Assembly: GCA_041686345.1 (NCBI GenBank)
Contig: JAWLEA010000005.1
Coordinates: 1-63,113 of the forward strand
DNA from: Polyangia bacterium
Lineage (GTDB): Bacteria; Myxococcota_A; Polyangia; HGW-17
DNA: 63,113 nt
Direction of reading: 5' to 3'
This document shows, piece by piece, positions 10,005 to 20,176 of this stretch (within the stretch, counting starts at the first letter, position 1; each line of letters opens with the position of its first letter). The position numbers and the translations under genes were made by a program. Under the pieces are notes generated by a model that was given only the letters and a program-made list of their open reading frames with translations, was not told the DNA's origin and did not search any database.

Positions 10005-11942
10005 CTAGATATCAAGAGCTATTAACTGATTATTTTTTTTATGGATAAATTGTTGTTCTTTTCCTTCGAAATAATACCTCAATACGGCATCAGTGCCGGA
10101 AGCCCTGATTTCAAACCAGCAATTTTCAAATTCGATAAAAGTTCCGTCACCGGCCCAAAAACAATCTTTTACTTCGGGAAAAGAGCTGTCTCCTGTTTTT
10201 TCCCTGAGAATTCTGGTAGTTTCCTCGGATTTCAGAGATGAAAGGTTTTTGAAAAAAGCAACAACTTTTTCTTTCTTACGATTTCCCCGAAGTTTTGCCT
10301 TATTTCGTTTTTCCCCGGTAAGACTTTCATCATAAAGAACAATATCCTGTCTTTCATAGGCAATTAAATTGATTTTGTAGGATTTTATCAGATCAAGATA
10401 AAAACGGGCAAATGATTTTTCTTTTTCCAGCAAACGGGCGGCCAAAGCCAAAGTGGCCAAGCCAACCTGCATTCCGTCTTTTTCTTTGAGTCCGAGAGAA
10501 TGATTTTTCCGTTTCTCAGAAAATACTCCTTCAGCTGTACCCATGGCAGCTCCGCCACTTTCTTCACACATAATCAAAAAACGGGGATTATCTCCCAGGT
10601 TGGTTTTTTTCCCGGTTATATCCTTAAATACCAGTTCGGATTTTTGTTGACGCAACCCTTGTTGGACGTCTTTGATTAAATTGCCGAAATGTTTGAAACC
10701 AACTGGAACCAGGCAATAATTGAGTTTGGCCTTGTATTCCGCTGCTATCCTGGAGGCAATCTGAAAAATAGAGCGAGAAGTTGGATAAGTTTCAGCTGCA
10801 ATCCAGTCGTATTTCTCAAGTTTCCCGGTTTCGGCCAGTTCTCTTACCCTCATTGCAGTCAACATAAAATATATTTGGTTTGGTTTGAAATATACTGCAA
10901 TTCTTTTATTGTCCAGCATTTCCGTTTCCAGACCATTGGCTTTTGCTTTCTTTTCCAAAGCAATTGGAGCCACCGTAACAATATTAAATCTGTCTCCATC
11001 GGGATCCCAGATAAAAACAAGATTGGCCTTGTTTTTACGTAACAACTTTTGAGCCCCAATATTTTTATATACTTGCCATTTGCCGGGATCCACTCCGTGG
11101 TTGACTCCGTTTAAAATTCCAATATCGTAAAAGCTCTGATTTTCTTTTTCGTGGATAAAAGAAATCCCTTTTTTATCCAGGGGAAAAGAAAGATGTGAAA
11201 AAATTTTACGAGCTGTGGCTCCCATGGAACCACCTTCGGTGGAAATAGTTACTTTCAATTCTTTGTTCAGAGCTTCACGGATTTTATCAAAAGATTCGGG
11301 CATGATAATATGATTCAAAAAATCCACATAAGCATCCAGGGGTTTAAAATCTTTTTTTATGAGTGTTGAATCCGACGGATGGAGTTGGATCTCAAGGGAT
11401 TCTTCAAGGGCTTTTTTTACCAGCATTTTAACTTCCAATGCAATATCACCGGCAAGTGAAAGAAGCTGCATTCCTTTACTGTCCATAGGTTTCCACCCAC
11501 CTTTATAATTAGGGGAATGGGAAGCAGTGAAGTTTTCTCCGCCACCGAGTTCATGATAAAAAGTGCCAAAAGAAGACAGCCAGATTGGAGTTGTCTTGAT
11601 ACCATCTCCCCTCAAATGAACTGTTATCCCGGCAGCTGCATATATCCGGGAAAAAAGATCAATGAATTTGTCAGTATGAGGTCTTACCTCGCCTCCAATA
11701 TGCAATGATTCTATTTTGTTCTTTTTGCAAACATTAGCTCTGGCGATGGCAATAAGGGAAGCTGTAACTGCATTGAAAGGAACATCGACAGCAAAAAAAT
11801 CTTCAGGATCAAGTAAATCCCTGTAGCCGGCTGTTCCCAATTTGAAATCCTCAGCCCATTTTTTAAGTGAATATTTTTTACATATTTCCTTGTCAATTAT
11901 AATTGTTTCAGGTTTCTGAGCAAAAGGGGTAAACAATGTCAT
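10005..11942 (-). CDS. Phosphoglucomutase/phosphomannomutase family protein
   Basis: LGTAGYR, TASH phosphoserine motif, DPDGDR metal loop, EESGG, RASGT. Confidence 0.88.
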   Translation of the reverse strand: MTLFTPFAQKPETIIIDKEICKKYSLKKWAEDFKLGTAGYRDLLDPEDFFAVDVPFNAVTASLIAIARANVCKKNKIESLHIGGEVRPHTDKFIDLFSRIYAAAGITVHLRGDGIKTTPIWLSSFGTFYHELGGGENFTASHSPNYKGGWKPMDSKGMQLLSLAGDIALEVKMLVKKALEESLEIQLHPSDSTLIKKDFKPLDAYVDFLNHIIMPESFDKIREALNKELKVTISTEGGSMGATARKIFSHLSFPLDKKGISFIHEKENQSFYDIGILNGVNHGVDPGKWQVYKNIGAQKLLRKNKANLVFIWDPDGDRFNIVTVAPIALEKKAKANGLETEMLDNKRIAVYFKPNQIYFMLTAMRVRELAETGKLEKYDWIAAETYPTSRSIFQIASRIAAEYKAKLNYCLVPVGFKHFGNLIKDVQQGLRQQKSELVFKDITGKKTNLGDNPRFLIMCEESGGAAMGTAEGVFSEKRKNHSLGLKEKDGMQVGLATLALAARLLEKEKSFARFYLDLIKSYKINLIAYERQDIVLYDESLTGEKRNKAKLRGNRKKEKVVAFFKNLSSLKSEETTRILREKTGDSSFPEVKDCFWAGDGTFIEFENCWFEIRASGTDAVLRYYFEGKEQQFIHKKNNQLIALDI

Positions 11943-12260
11943 ATTTTCTCCTGTCCTCTCATGATTATATAAAGGATAATCTTCTGCTTCCCATTTCGCA
12001 ATTCAATACCAGCCTTCACCTGCAAAATGATTTGGAGATAAATATTGCGGGAAACAGACCCTGAAGTACTCCTTGAAAATATCTTCAGGCCAAGATATAA
12101 ATACCAATTTATTGAACAATTGTAAAAGGTAATTCAACAACCGGTTTATTGTGCTCCCCAGATAAATATCCTGCAAAACAGGATTGAAATATCAACTCAT
12201 AAATAGTTTTATTGAAAGGAGCTCTTGATTTTTTTAAAGCAAAAACTAAAGGTAGAAACC

Positions 12261-12620
12261 ATGATTAAAATGTATTTCAAAACCACAATAAAAATAATAT
12301 TTATCGGCTTATTTCTGGTTGGTCTCAGTTGCCAACAGAATAAACAGGAAAAAATTGAAGACAAAAAACAAAAGCTTTATCAATTAATCAAGACAAAAAA
12401 CAAAACTGAAAACAAAACTGTCAATCATAAAAATAAAAATTCAACAGAGGGACAACCTAATCCGCAACGTGGTTCTACAGGAATTGGCAATTATGATTTC
12501 GGAACTGTTCCAAACTCCAATATAAAATTCCGCCCCCCTGTCAATTCCGCCACTGATTTGAAAAAACAGAGAGAAACAAACAAAAAAAACCATTCTGGGA
12601 TGGACAAGAAGTCGGATTGA
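12261..12620 (+). CDS. Hypothetical lipoprotein; last codons and stop lie in element copy 3
   Basis: Hydrophobic signal with GLSC lipobox, Lys/Asn-rich body; start uncertain (12261 or 12270). Confidence 0.55.
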   Translation: MIKMYFKTTIKIIFIGLFLVGLSCQQNKQEKIEDKKQKLYQLIKTKNKTENKTVNHKNKNSTEGQPNPQRGSTGIGNYDFGTVPNSNIKFRPPVNSATDLKKQRETNKKNHSGMDKKSD

Positions 12621-12733
12621 GATGCGCGGAATAACTGCGCAGACATAGTTGACACTATTTCAAGAAGTTATGACAAAGCTGATTAATTCAATTTCCGTCG
12701 CCAGACAATGACATCCATGTTTGGGATGGGAAC
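12606..12733 (+). mobile_element. MITE-like element, copy 3 (one end missing)
   Basis: GATTGAGATGCGCGGAATAAC...TTTGGGATGGGAAC then TACTTA; between convergent genes. Confidence 0.85.
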
Positions 12734-14196
12734 TACTTAACTAGGCCGGTTTTGGAATTGAATTCTTCAATTGCCTTGTCCCACTTTGGAACAACTGAAA
12801 AAATCCTGTCCCAGAATTCACGCTCCCAAAGAGTTTCCAAATCTCTGACATCTTTTGCCTGTTGTTCAACCCAGGTAAAATATTTGAGATTATGCAATTT
12901 CTTTCTATCCCAATAAGTTAATTCCTCGAAATTATCAAAACCCTGCATTCTCAAGCAACCTTCACTGCATTTCAAAGCTTCTTCTCTGGTGTATTTGCCC
13001 TTGTCCTGACTGAACTCAACCAGTCTGGAACGATACATATCAGCAGAATCTGTAAATACAGTGTAAATAACATCATTACTGTCCATCTCGAAGAATTTAG
13101 CAGTTTTGACAGCTGCGAGCAGATTGGCGATACTTGAAATTCCAAGGAGATGCAATTGGTCTACCAATTCTTTTTTGACTCCCTGCTCCTGGAGAACTTT
13201 CTTGCCTGACTCTTCATTGAAAAGACGAAGAAGCCTCATGGTGTCCTCATCGTCAATGGCTGCAACGGCATCGGTATTTCTGGTGTTATGAATCCAGGGA
13301 ACATGCTTGTCGCCGATTCCTTCAATTCGATGTGCTCCAAAGCCGTTTCTCAAAAGTGTAGGACATTGCAATGCTTCTGAAGCTATTGTCATCATGTTGG
13401 GAAATTTTTTCTTGAGATAATCTCCGGCAGCTATTGTTCCAGCACTGCCTGTAGCACTAACATAAGCAGCAAGTCTTGATTTTTCATCTTTTACTTCTGG
13501 CCAGATTTCTTCAAAGGCATTGCCGGTAACTTCGTAGTGGAAAATTGCATTGCCAAATTCATCAAACTGATTGAAAATTACCGCACTGTCATCTGTATTG
13601 CGAATTTCCCAGCATTTATCATAAATTTCTTTTACATTGGATTCGGAACCTGGAGTAGCTATAACTTCAGACCCGATTTCCCGCAGCCAGTCAAAGCGTT
13701 CCTGACTCATTTCCTCGGGAAGAATTGCAACTGGTGTACAAGCCAGAAGCGCACAGTCAAAAGCTCCACCTCGGCAATAGTTTCCGGTGGAAGGCCAAAT
13801 CGCCCGATGTGTCGTAGGATCAAACTCTCCGGTAATCAATCTGGGAACCAAACAACCAAAGGCTGCACCAACTTTATGAGCACCGGTGGGAAACCATTTT
13901 CCAACCAAACCAACGATTTTAGCATCAACTCCACTCAATTCGGGGGGAATTTCAATGTAATTTACTCCACCAAAAAGTCCGGTTTTTATATCATTTTTCC
14001 AGGAAATTCTGAATAGATTGCGTGAATCCACATCCCAGAGACCTATTTCAGGCAATTGTTTTTTTATTTTTTCCGGAATTTTTTCGGGATTTTTTAATTG
14101 TTCAAAAGTGGGAATAAGAATATTTCTTTCCCTGCATCTTTTAACTGTATTTTCCAAAATAGCATGATTAAATTTTAATTCGACAGGATTGTACAT
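12733..14196 (-). CDS. Fold-type II PLP-dependent enzyme (cysteine synthase/Trp synthase beta superfamily)
   Basis: PTGAHKVG (PLP Lys), STGNY, ATGSAGT, HRIEGIG, GISS; start at MYNP with AGGAG RBS. Confidence 0.85.
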   Translation of the reverse strand: MYNPVELKFNHAILENTVKRCRERNILIPTFEQLKNPEKIPEKIKKQLPEIGLWDVDSRNLFRISWKNDIKTGLFGGVNYIEIPPELSGVDAKIVGLVGKWFPTGAHKVGAAFGCLVPRLITGEFDPTTHRAIWPSTGNYCRGGAFDCALLACTPVAILPEEMSQERFDWLREIGSEVIATPGSESNVKEIYDKCWEIRNTDDSAVIFNQFDEFGNAIFHYEVTGNAFEEIWPEVKDEKSRLAAYVSATGSAGTIAAGDYLKKKFPNMMTIASEALQCPTLLRNGFGAHRIEGIGDKHVPWIHNTRNTDAVAAIDDEDTMRLLRLFNEESGKKVLQEQGVKKELVDQLHLLGISSIANLLAAVKTAKFFEMDSNDVIYTVFTDSADMYRSRLVEFSQDKGKYTREEALKCSEGCLRMQGFDNFEELTYWDRKKLHNLKYFTWVEQQAKDVRDLETLWEREFWDRIFSVVPKWDKAIEEFNSKTGLVK

Positions 14197-14414
14197 ATTT
14201 ATTTCTCCTTGATAATTGTAGTTCTTACAAAGAACATCGTTTTTAACGACGAACAGCAAGATAGTTTATTTTTGGGAAAAAAGCGAATGTTGTCGGAAAA
14301 TAATTCCTATTTTTTTAATCCGGATTCCAAATTAAGTTAAGCTATTGATATGATGTGCAAATAAAAAGATGTGCTTTAAATCAAAATCAAAAAGTTATAT
14401 TTAAAAATTCTGAT

Positions 14415-15677
14415 TCAATAGATTTCTGAAGGTTTTCGGGTAATATCAGCACCTAAAGATGATAATTTATTCTCTATCTTCTCATATCCGCGATCGAGAT
14501 GATAAACTCTGAGAATTTCGGTAGTACCCTTGGCAATTAATCCGGCAAGAATAAGAGAAGCACTTGCTCTCAAATCTGTGGCCATAACAGTTGTTCCTTC
14601 CAATTTACAAGGACCATTGATAATAGCATTTCGTTTTTCAATCTGAATGTCAGCTCCCATTCTCAGCAGCTCTGGTACATGCATATATCGATTTTCAAAA
14701 ATACTTTCCGTAATGAAAGATTTTCCTCTGGCCTGTAAAGCCAACACCATGAACTGAGCCTGCATATCTGTGGGAAACCCGGGATAAGCTTCTGTTATGA
14801 CATCAAGGGGATGAATTGTTCCAGAGGAACTGATTTTAATAAAATCCTTGCCGGTTTCTACGGAAATTCCAATATTTCGCATGATCTCAACTATCCGATT
14901 GACATGGAAAGGATTTGCTTTGCGTATCAATACCTCTCCTCTGGTTATAGCGGCGGCAACCATGAAAGTACCACTTTCTATACGATCCGGTATAACACTG
15001 TGATCGGCAGGCTGCAGACTTTCATTGCCATCAATTATTATCCGTGAAGTTCCAACTCCGCGGATTTCAGCCCCCATTTTATCCAAAAGATTGGCTAAAT
15101 CAACAATTTCAGGTTCTCTGGCTGCATTATTGATAACAGTGGTTCCTTCAGCCAAAGTAGCTGCCATCATCAGATTTTCAGTACCTCCGACTGTGGGTTG
15201 AGGAAAATCGATTATTGTTCCTTGCAGTCTGGTACAATTTACTTCTACATAGCCTTTACTTATATTAACCTGGGCTCCCATGGCTTTAAGGCCCTTCAGG
15301 TGCAGATCTATGGGTCTAGCCCCAATGGCACATCCCCCGGGCAGAGAAACTTTGGCATAACCGAAACGAGCAACAAGAGGTCCTAAAACCAGAATAGCGG
15401 CTCTCATTGTTTTAACAAGTTCATAGGGAGCAATGGGATTGTTGAGTTCAGTTGTATTTATTCTGATCTGAGGCCAGTTCATATCGATATCTGCCCCCAT
15501 TATTGCAAGTAACTTTAATATTGTTCTTATATCTCCCAAGCGTGGTACATTGTCGAAAACAATTTGTCCCGGAGTAAGAATTGAAGCGCAGATCAAAGGA
15601 AGAGCAGCATTTTTTGCTCCACTGATATCAACCTTGCCTGCAAGCTTTTTTCCACCATTTACAACAATTTTATCCAT
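14415..15677 (-). CDS. murA: UDP-N-acetylglucosamine 1-carboxyvinyltransferase
   Basis: GAKNAALP, LPGGCAIGARP, PGFPTDMQ, TDLRA, HLDRGYE. Confidence 0.97.
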   Translation of the reverse strand: MDKIVVNGGKKLAGKVDISGAKNAALPLICASILTPGQIVFDNVPRLGDIRTILKLLAIMGADIDMNWPQIRINTTELNNPIAPYELVKTMRAAILVLGPLVARFGYAKVSLPGGCAIGARPIDLHLKGLKAMGAQVNISKGYVEVNCTRLQGTIIDFPQPTVGGTENLMMAATLAEGTTVINNAAREPEIVDLANLLDKMGAEIRGVGTSRIIIDGNESLQPADHSVIPDRIESGTFMVAAAITRGEVLIRKANPFHVNRIVEIMRNIGISVETGKDFIKISSSGTIHPLDVITEAYPGFPTDMQAQFMVLALQARGKSFITESIFENRYMHVPELLRMGADIQIEKRNAIINGPCKLEGTTVMATDLRASASLILAGLIAKGTTEILRVYHLDRGYEKIENKLSSLGADITRKPSEIY

Positions 15678-15739
15678 AGAAGATCTTTCCTTGAAAAAAA
15701 TAAAAGGTCATAACTGAAAGCTACACCGAATCAGGGGAT

Positions 15740-17020
15740 TTATTTTATGCGGGAAGAAATTTTGTCTCCGTCCATGTAAGTTTCGAGAGTTGCACCTTCT
15801 TTTTCGCCAAAAAGTTCGAAAGCCTTTTCTTCGAGGTATCTGAATATGAGAGAACTGAGCCCTCTGGCGCCGGTTTCTCTGTTCAGGGCAAGTTTGACAA
15901 TATGGTCAATAACTTCTTCTTTAATTACCAGTTTGATTTTTTCCAATTCAAATTCTTTTCTCACCCTGGATAAAACATTGTCTTCCAAAATGTCCTTCAT
16001 GGTATCTTCATCCAAACTGGCAAAAGGAACAATGTTACCAAAACGGGCAACTAATTCAGGTAAAAAACCATAACTCTGAAAATAGGAAATGTTTTCAACT
16101 TCTTCGGGATCATAATCCACCGCAATAGCTGTTTCATCATATCTTTTCCGAGTTTTTATTTCTTGTCCGAATCCTTTAACCTTCCCTTTGGCAAAACGAT
16201 TAAGAATTGACGAAAACCCCGAAAATGCTCCTATTCCAACAAAGGCAATATCCTGTGTATTAATATTGACTGTCTCCACGTAAGAAGAATGAGTGAGTTC
16301 GACAGGCACATTTACTTCAGAAGTTTCAAGCATTTTGAGCAATTCGCGCTGCACCCCGAGTCCGGTAATATCTTTAGTGGTTCCCGCCCCTGCAAATACT
16401 GCATTATTCTGAGTTGAAGCCAACTTGTCAAATTCATCAAGGGCAATAATACCGACTCTGGTTAATCTCTCATCACGATCGGAGATATGATACAATCTGG
16501 TTAGTATATTGTTGGGATCCTGTCCCACATAGCCAGTTTCTGAATATGGAGTTACATCAACTACCACCGTGGGAAAATCGAGAATTTTATCAAAAAGGCT
16601 TTCAACCAGATAGGTTTTTCCACAACCGGTAGGCCCCATGAGCAACATATTATTTTTCTCACCGATTTCTTTGCGGGAAAGATTCTCAATATAGATTCTT
16701 CTCAATCGTTGTATATGGCGATAGGCCAATAAAGTTACAGATCTTCTGGCATTTGTCTGCCCTCTGTAACCCATCTTCTCCAATTCTGCCACCATTTTTT
16801 TCGGCGAAAGCAAGGGGATCTTTTCTATATGCTTTTTCAAAAATTCACTATCGGAAATATCAGCTTCCGGTTCAATATCCTCATCCTCTTTTCCGCCTTG
16901 ATCTTCAAAAATTTTTTCTGAAATTATAAAGTCAAAAGGGTTAACTTCCTTTGATTTTTCTGGAGAAGACTTGGATTTTTTTGATTTTGAATTTTTATTT
17001 TTATCACTGTTTTTGGTCAT
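15740..17020 (-). CDS. ClpX-like AAA+ ATPase without the N-terminal zinc finger
   Basis: GPTGCGKT, GYVG pore loop, LDEFDK, GVQRELLKMLE, TGARGL. Confidence 0.85.
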   Translation of the reverse strand: MTKNSDKNKNSKSKKSKSSPEKSKEVNPFDFIISEKIFEDQGGKEDEDIEPEADISDSEFLKKHIEKIPLLSPKKMVAELEKMGYRGQTNARRSVTLLAYRHIQRLRRIYIENLSRKEIGEKNNMLLMGPTGCGKTYLVESLFDKILDFPTVVVDVTPYSETGYVGQDPNNILTRLYHISDRDERLTRVGIIALDEFDKLASTQNNAVFAGAGTTKDITGLGVQRELLKMLETSEVNVPVELTHSSYVETVNINTQDIAFVGIGAFSGFSSILNRFAKGKVKGFGQEIKTRKRYDETAIAVDYDPEEVENISYFQSYGFLPELVARFGNIVPFASLDEDTMKDILEDNVLSRVRKEFELEKIKLVIKEEVIDHIVKLALNRETGARGLSSLIFRYLEEKAFELFGEKEGATLETYMDGDKISSRIK

Positions 17021-17305
17021 ATCTAAATATCCTGAATTTTTTGATAATTGAATTATCTTTGTTTCAAAAGGGTAACAGTTACATATAATGATGAGAAAAT
17101 ATCACCATATGCATATTTCAGATTCAAAGCAATCATTTGTATTTACAATGGTCTGTCCAGCCTGTCTCTCTTTGGAAATCTACAATTACAGATTTTGGCA
17201 ATGATTTCGAACCGAAAAGCTGGTTTAACTTGTCAATAATAATAATGCAAGCAGAGAAAATATTTTCAGCTGGATTTTAGCTCAAGGTTGACTTAACATA
17301 AAGTA

Positions 17306-17755
17306 ATGGACAGCAAAAGAAAAAACCCCAGACTATATTTCAACATACCAGTTCAATATGAAGTACTACCTGCCAACGAAAACGATATTCCCCCCGAGCT
17401 GGCTAGAGTTTTTCAATGGTTACACCCCAATGAAGACGGAGCCGGCAAAAAAATAAACGGCAGGTTGAAAGATCTCAGTTCCACCGGTGCTTTCATAGCA
17501 GGCGAACCTCCACCCCTTCTGGCTCGAGTAGGTTTGCTTTTCGGCATTCCCGGTTTCGCCAAAGTCGAAGCAATTGCTTGGGTACTATGGAGAAGAATAG
17601 ACTCAGTCATCTGTGATGATGAAGAATTGGCCAAAGGATTCGGGCTGCTGTTTGAATATCTTTCTCCCGAAGCCCGCTTGCATATTGAACGCCTGGTTAC
17701 CATGCAAAATGCCAGTGAAGAGCTGGATCCCCTTTTGGTAACCTTACTCGAATAA
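17306..17755 (+). CDS. PilZ domain protein
   Basis: RKNPR (RxxxR) and DLSSTG (DxSxxG) motifs. Confidence 0.8.
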   Translation: MDSKRKNPRLYFNIPVQYEVLPANENDIPPELARVFQWLHPNEDGAGKKINGRLKDLSSTGAFIAGEPPPLLARVGLLFGIPGFAKVEAIAWVLWRRIDSVICDDEELAKGFGLLFEYLSPEARLHIERLVTMQNASEELDPLLVTLLE

Positions 17756-17844
17756 ACCAACTAACCAGTTAAAATTAATCAATTATTTTTATAATCAACT
17801 TGTCCCTGATTGGTTAATCTGTTCTCTCACCCATTGCCGTCATC

Positions 17845-17914
17845 AATAAAAAAGTTGGTTTTTTTCTGATTCAAACTACAATAAATAAGGTTGGTTTTTT
17901 CTGATTCAAACTAC
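17845..17914. repeat. Two tandem copies of a ~35-bp unit
   Basis: AATAAA-x-AA(G)GTTGGT(6-7)CTGATTCAAACTAC occurs twice, head to tail. Confidence 0.85.
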
Positions 17915-17975
17915 AATTTTAAAAAGAATTCAATCTGCAAATCCTGCAGATTACCAGTTCAAAGAACATTAGTCA

Positions 17976-18012
17976 GTTCCCATCCCAATAACCCCCATAC
18001 TGGGATGGGAAC
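17976..18012. mobile_element. Minimal 37-bp derivative of the element (both termini joined), copy 4
   Basis: GTTCCCATCCCA-ATAACCCCCATAC-TGGGATGGGAAC; flanks TAGTCA / CAGTTA. Confidence 0.85.
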
Positions 18013-18030
18013 CAGTTATCGAGCGATCCC

Positions 18031-20133
18031 ATGAAACAACTTTGTTACCTTATTTTTTTCCTCTTCATTCAATTTACCGGCAGTAGCTGTGAAGATACAG
18101 TCGTCTACGACGAACCGGTATGTGGAAACGGCAAAATCGAAGAGGGAGAAGAATGTGATGACGGCAACAACAGTGAAGAAGATTTGTGTGACAACAACTG
18201 CAAACTCATTTTAACCGAAGATTGTACCAATGGACTGGACGATGACAATAACGGCTGGATTGACTGCATGGATCCGGCTTGTTTTGGCAGCGAACACTGT
18301 ACCAATGAAATTTGCCACAATGGATATGATGATGACGATGACGGTTTGATCGATTGCCAGGATCCCGATTGTGTCCAAGCTGGCAATTGCACCATCAATG
18401 AAATCTGCGATAACGGAATAGATGATAATGCCAACGGCAATATCGATTGTGAAGACAGCTCCTGCTTTGATCATCCAGCCTGTGGAAATTGCGATTACAA
18501 TCAGGATATATTGTTTCCTGCCCCCGACCAATCTTCCATACTTGATGCCACTGAATTAATTCACAACTTCAACTATTTCTGCCTGGAATCATCCAAAAAA
18601 AGCTGGATTACCCGCTTGCAACTTGATCAGCCTGTATCCCTGGAAATTACCCTGGAAAAAGTCAGCGATGCCACCGATTTTGTTCTGGCTCTAAGCAGAG
18701 AAGAAGAGCCCGGAACAAGCTGCGGTCTGGATGACTTGTATTGCTATACTTATTCCAGTCCCGATTCCACTTCTTTGGCCACCTTGCAACTCATTCCGCC
18801 AGGAACCTATCGTTTTGCTTTCAATCCCGGATCTTACAACGGCAAAGTTTTTCTAAACTATGGCGAACCAAAACTGGAAAATTGCACAGATGGATTTGAC
18901 AATGATGATGACGGATTGGTGGATTGCGAAGATCCGGACTGTATCGATCTGCCCGTCTGCAAGGAAGAAATCTGCGACAACAATATCGACGACGACGGTG
19001 ACGGACTGGTAGACTGCGAAGACCCGGACTGTGAAGTTTTCTGCGCCCCGCCGGAACAATGTGACAATAACATTGATGACGATCTTGATGGAAAAATCGA
19101 CTGCGGAGACTCGGACTGCATTGGTGATCCCGCTTGCCAAACCACTTCCTGTATCATTTACGAAAATATCGGATCACTCAACCGGGGCAGTTATACAACT
19201 TCCAACTATGATACAACCATAGCTGACAATAGTTTTTCAACCAGTTGCGGAGGAACAGGTCCCGACTGGGCAATTCAGTTCGAACTTGCTTCGTACTCCA
19301 ACCTGTTTATCCATCACACTCAAACAGGTATGCATTCCCTGGCTCTTGCAACCCAGACCAAAGAAGGAGAAACCTGTCAACAGGGTGAACTGCAGTGTTT
19401 TACCTCTGCCGGGCTGAATCTTCCCCAAAGTATCACTCTTCACGATCTCCCTCCTGCCACTTATTTTCTTCTTCTTGATACAGAAAGCCAAGATGGCTCG
19501 GGAATTGGCGAAGTGGAACTCCAGGTTCATGATCCAAATGCCGAAATCTGCAATAACGATCAGGATGACGATGAAGACGGAATGGTGGATTGTGATGACA
19601 GCGAATGCCAGCATCTTTCGATCTGTTCCGGGGAAACAAATTGTCACAACTCCCATGATGACGACAATGATGGCTGGATTGACTGCCAGGATCCCGACTG
19701 TATGTTCCAACCGGGTTGCAACACCACCAGTTGTATTCCCGAACATTTTGCCGGCTATCTTGATAAAGACTATCCCCTTGCTTTTTTTGCTGATCTGGAA
19801 GAAGGTGAAACGGATCTCTTGCAACCTTGCGGTTCTTCACAAGCTACCACAGCTAAAACGTATTCCTTCTATCTCAATGAAACCGGCAAAATCAGAATAC
19901 GCGTAATCCCCCAGAATTATGCTGATCCTGTCGTTTCCCTGGCCACACCTGCCGGTGCCGGCAGCCAATGTGCGGATGCCATTCATCTATGTACCAGCAT
20001 GCCTGCTCCGGGGTTGTCTTCAACAATAATATCCTCCCTCTCCCTGCCTGCAGGCGGCCCTTATTATCTGCTTGTTTCTCCCTATGTGGCGGGAGATTCC
20101 GGCACAGCTCAAATTATTGTTTACCTGGAATAA
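18031..20133 (+). CDS. Cys/Asp-rich modular surface (lipo)protein
   Basis: Signal peptide with GSSC; one CGNG..EECDDGN repeat, about 8 EICDNxxDDDxDGxxDCxDxDC repeats, three related non-repeat domains. Confidence 0.85.
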   Translation: MKQLCYLIFFLFIQFTGSSCEDTVVYDEPVCGNGKIEEGEECDDGNNSEEDLCDNNCKLILTEDCTNGLDDDNNGWIDCMDPACFGSEHCTNEICHNGYDDDDDGLIDCQDPDCVQAGNCTINEICDNGIDDNANGNIDCEDSSCFDHPACGNCDYNQDILFPAPDQSSILDATELIHNFNYFCLESSKKSWITRLQLDQPVSLEITLEKVSDATDFVLALSREEEPGTSCGLDDLYCYTYSSPDSTSLATLQLIPPGTYRFAFNPGSYNGKVFLNYGEPKLENCTDGFDNDDDGLVDCEDPDCIDLPVCKEEICDNNIDDDGDGLVDCEDPDCEVFCAPPEQCDNNIDDDLDGKIDCGDSDCIGDPACQTTSCIIYENIGSLNRGSYTTSNYDTTIADNSFSTSCGGTGPDWAIQFELASYSNLFIHHTQTGMHSLALATQTKEGETCQQGELQCFTSAGLNLPQSITLHDLPPATYFLLLDTESQDGSGIGEVELQVHDPNAEICNNDQDDDEDGMVDCDDSECQHLSICSGETNCHNSHDDDNDGWIDCQDPDCMFQPGCNTTSCIPEHFAGYLDKDYPLAFFADLEEGETDLLQPCGSSQATTAKTYSFYLNETGKIRIRVIPQNYADPVVSLATPAGAGSQCADAIHLCTSMPAPGLSSTIISSLSLPAGGPYYLLVSPYVAGDSGTAQIIVYLE

Positions 20134-20176
20134 CAGCCCCTTTTTATTCTATTGTTTTCAGTTGACAGAAATCCGT

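Noticed and set aside
17845-17917. CRISPR array (GTTG...CTACAAT repeat-like ends)
   Set aside because: Only two units, about 6 nt between them, no unique spacers and no cas genes
18105-19906. Numerous antisense and alternate-frame ORFs over the Cys-rich and other long genes
   Set aside because: Shadow ORFs arising from the codon bias of the real genes
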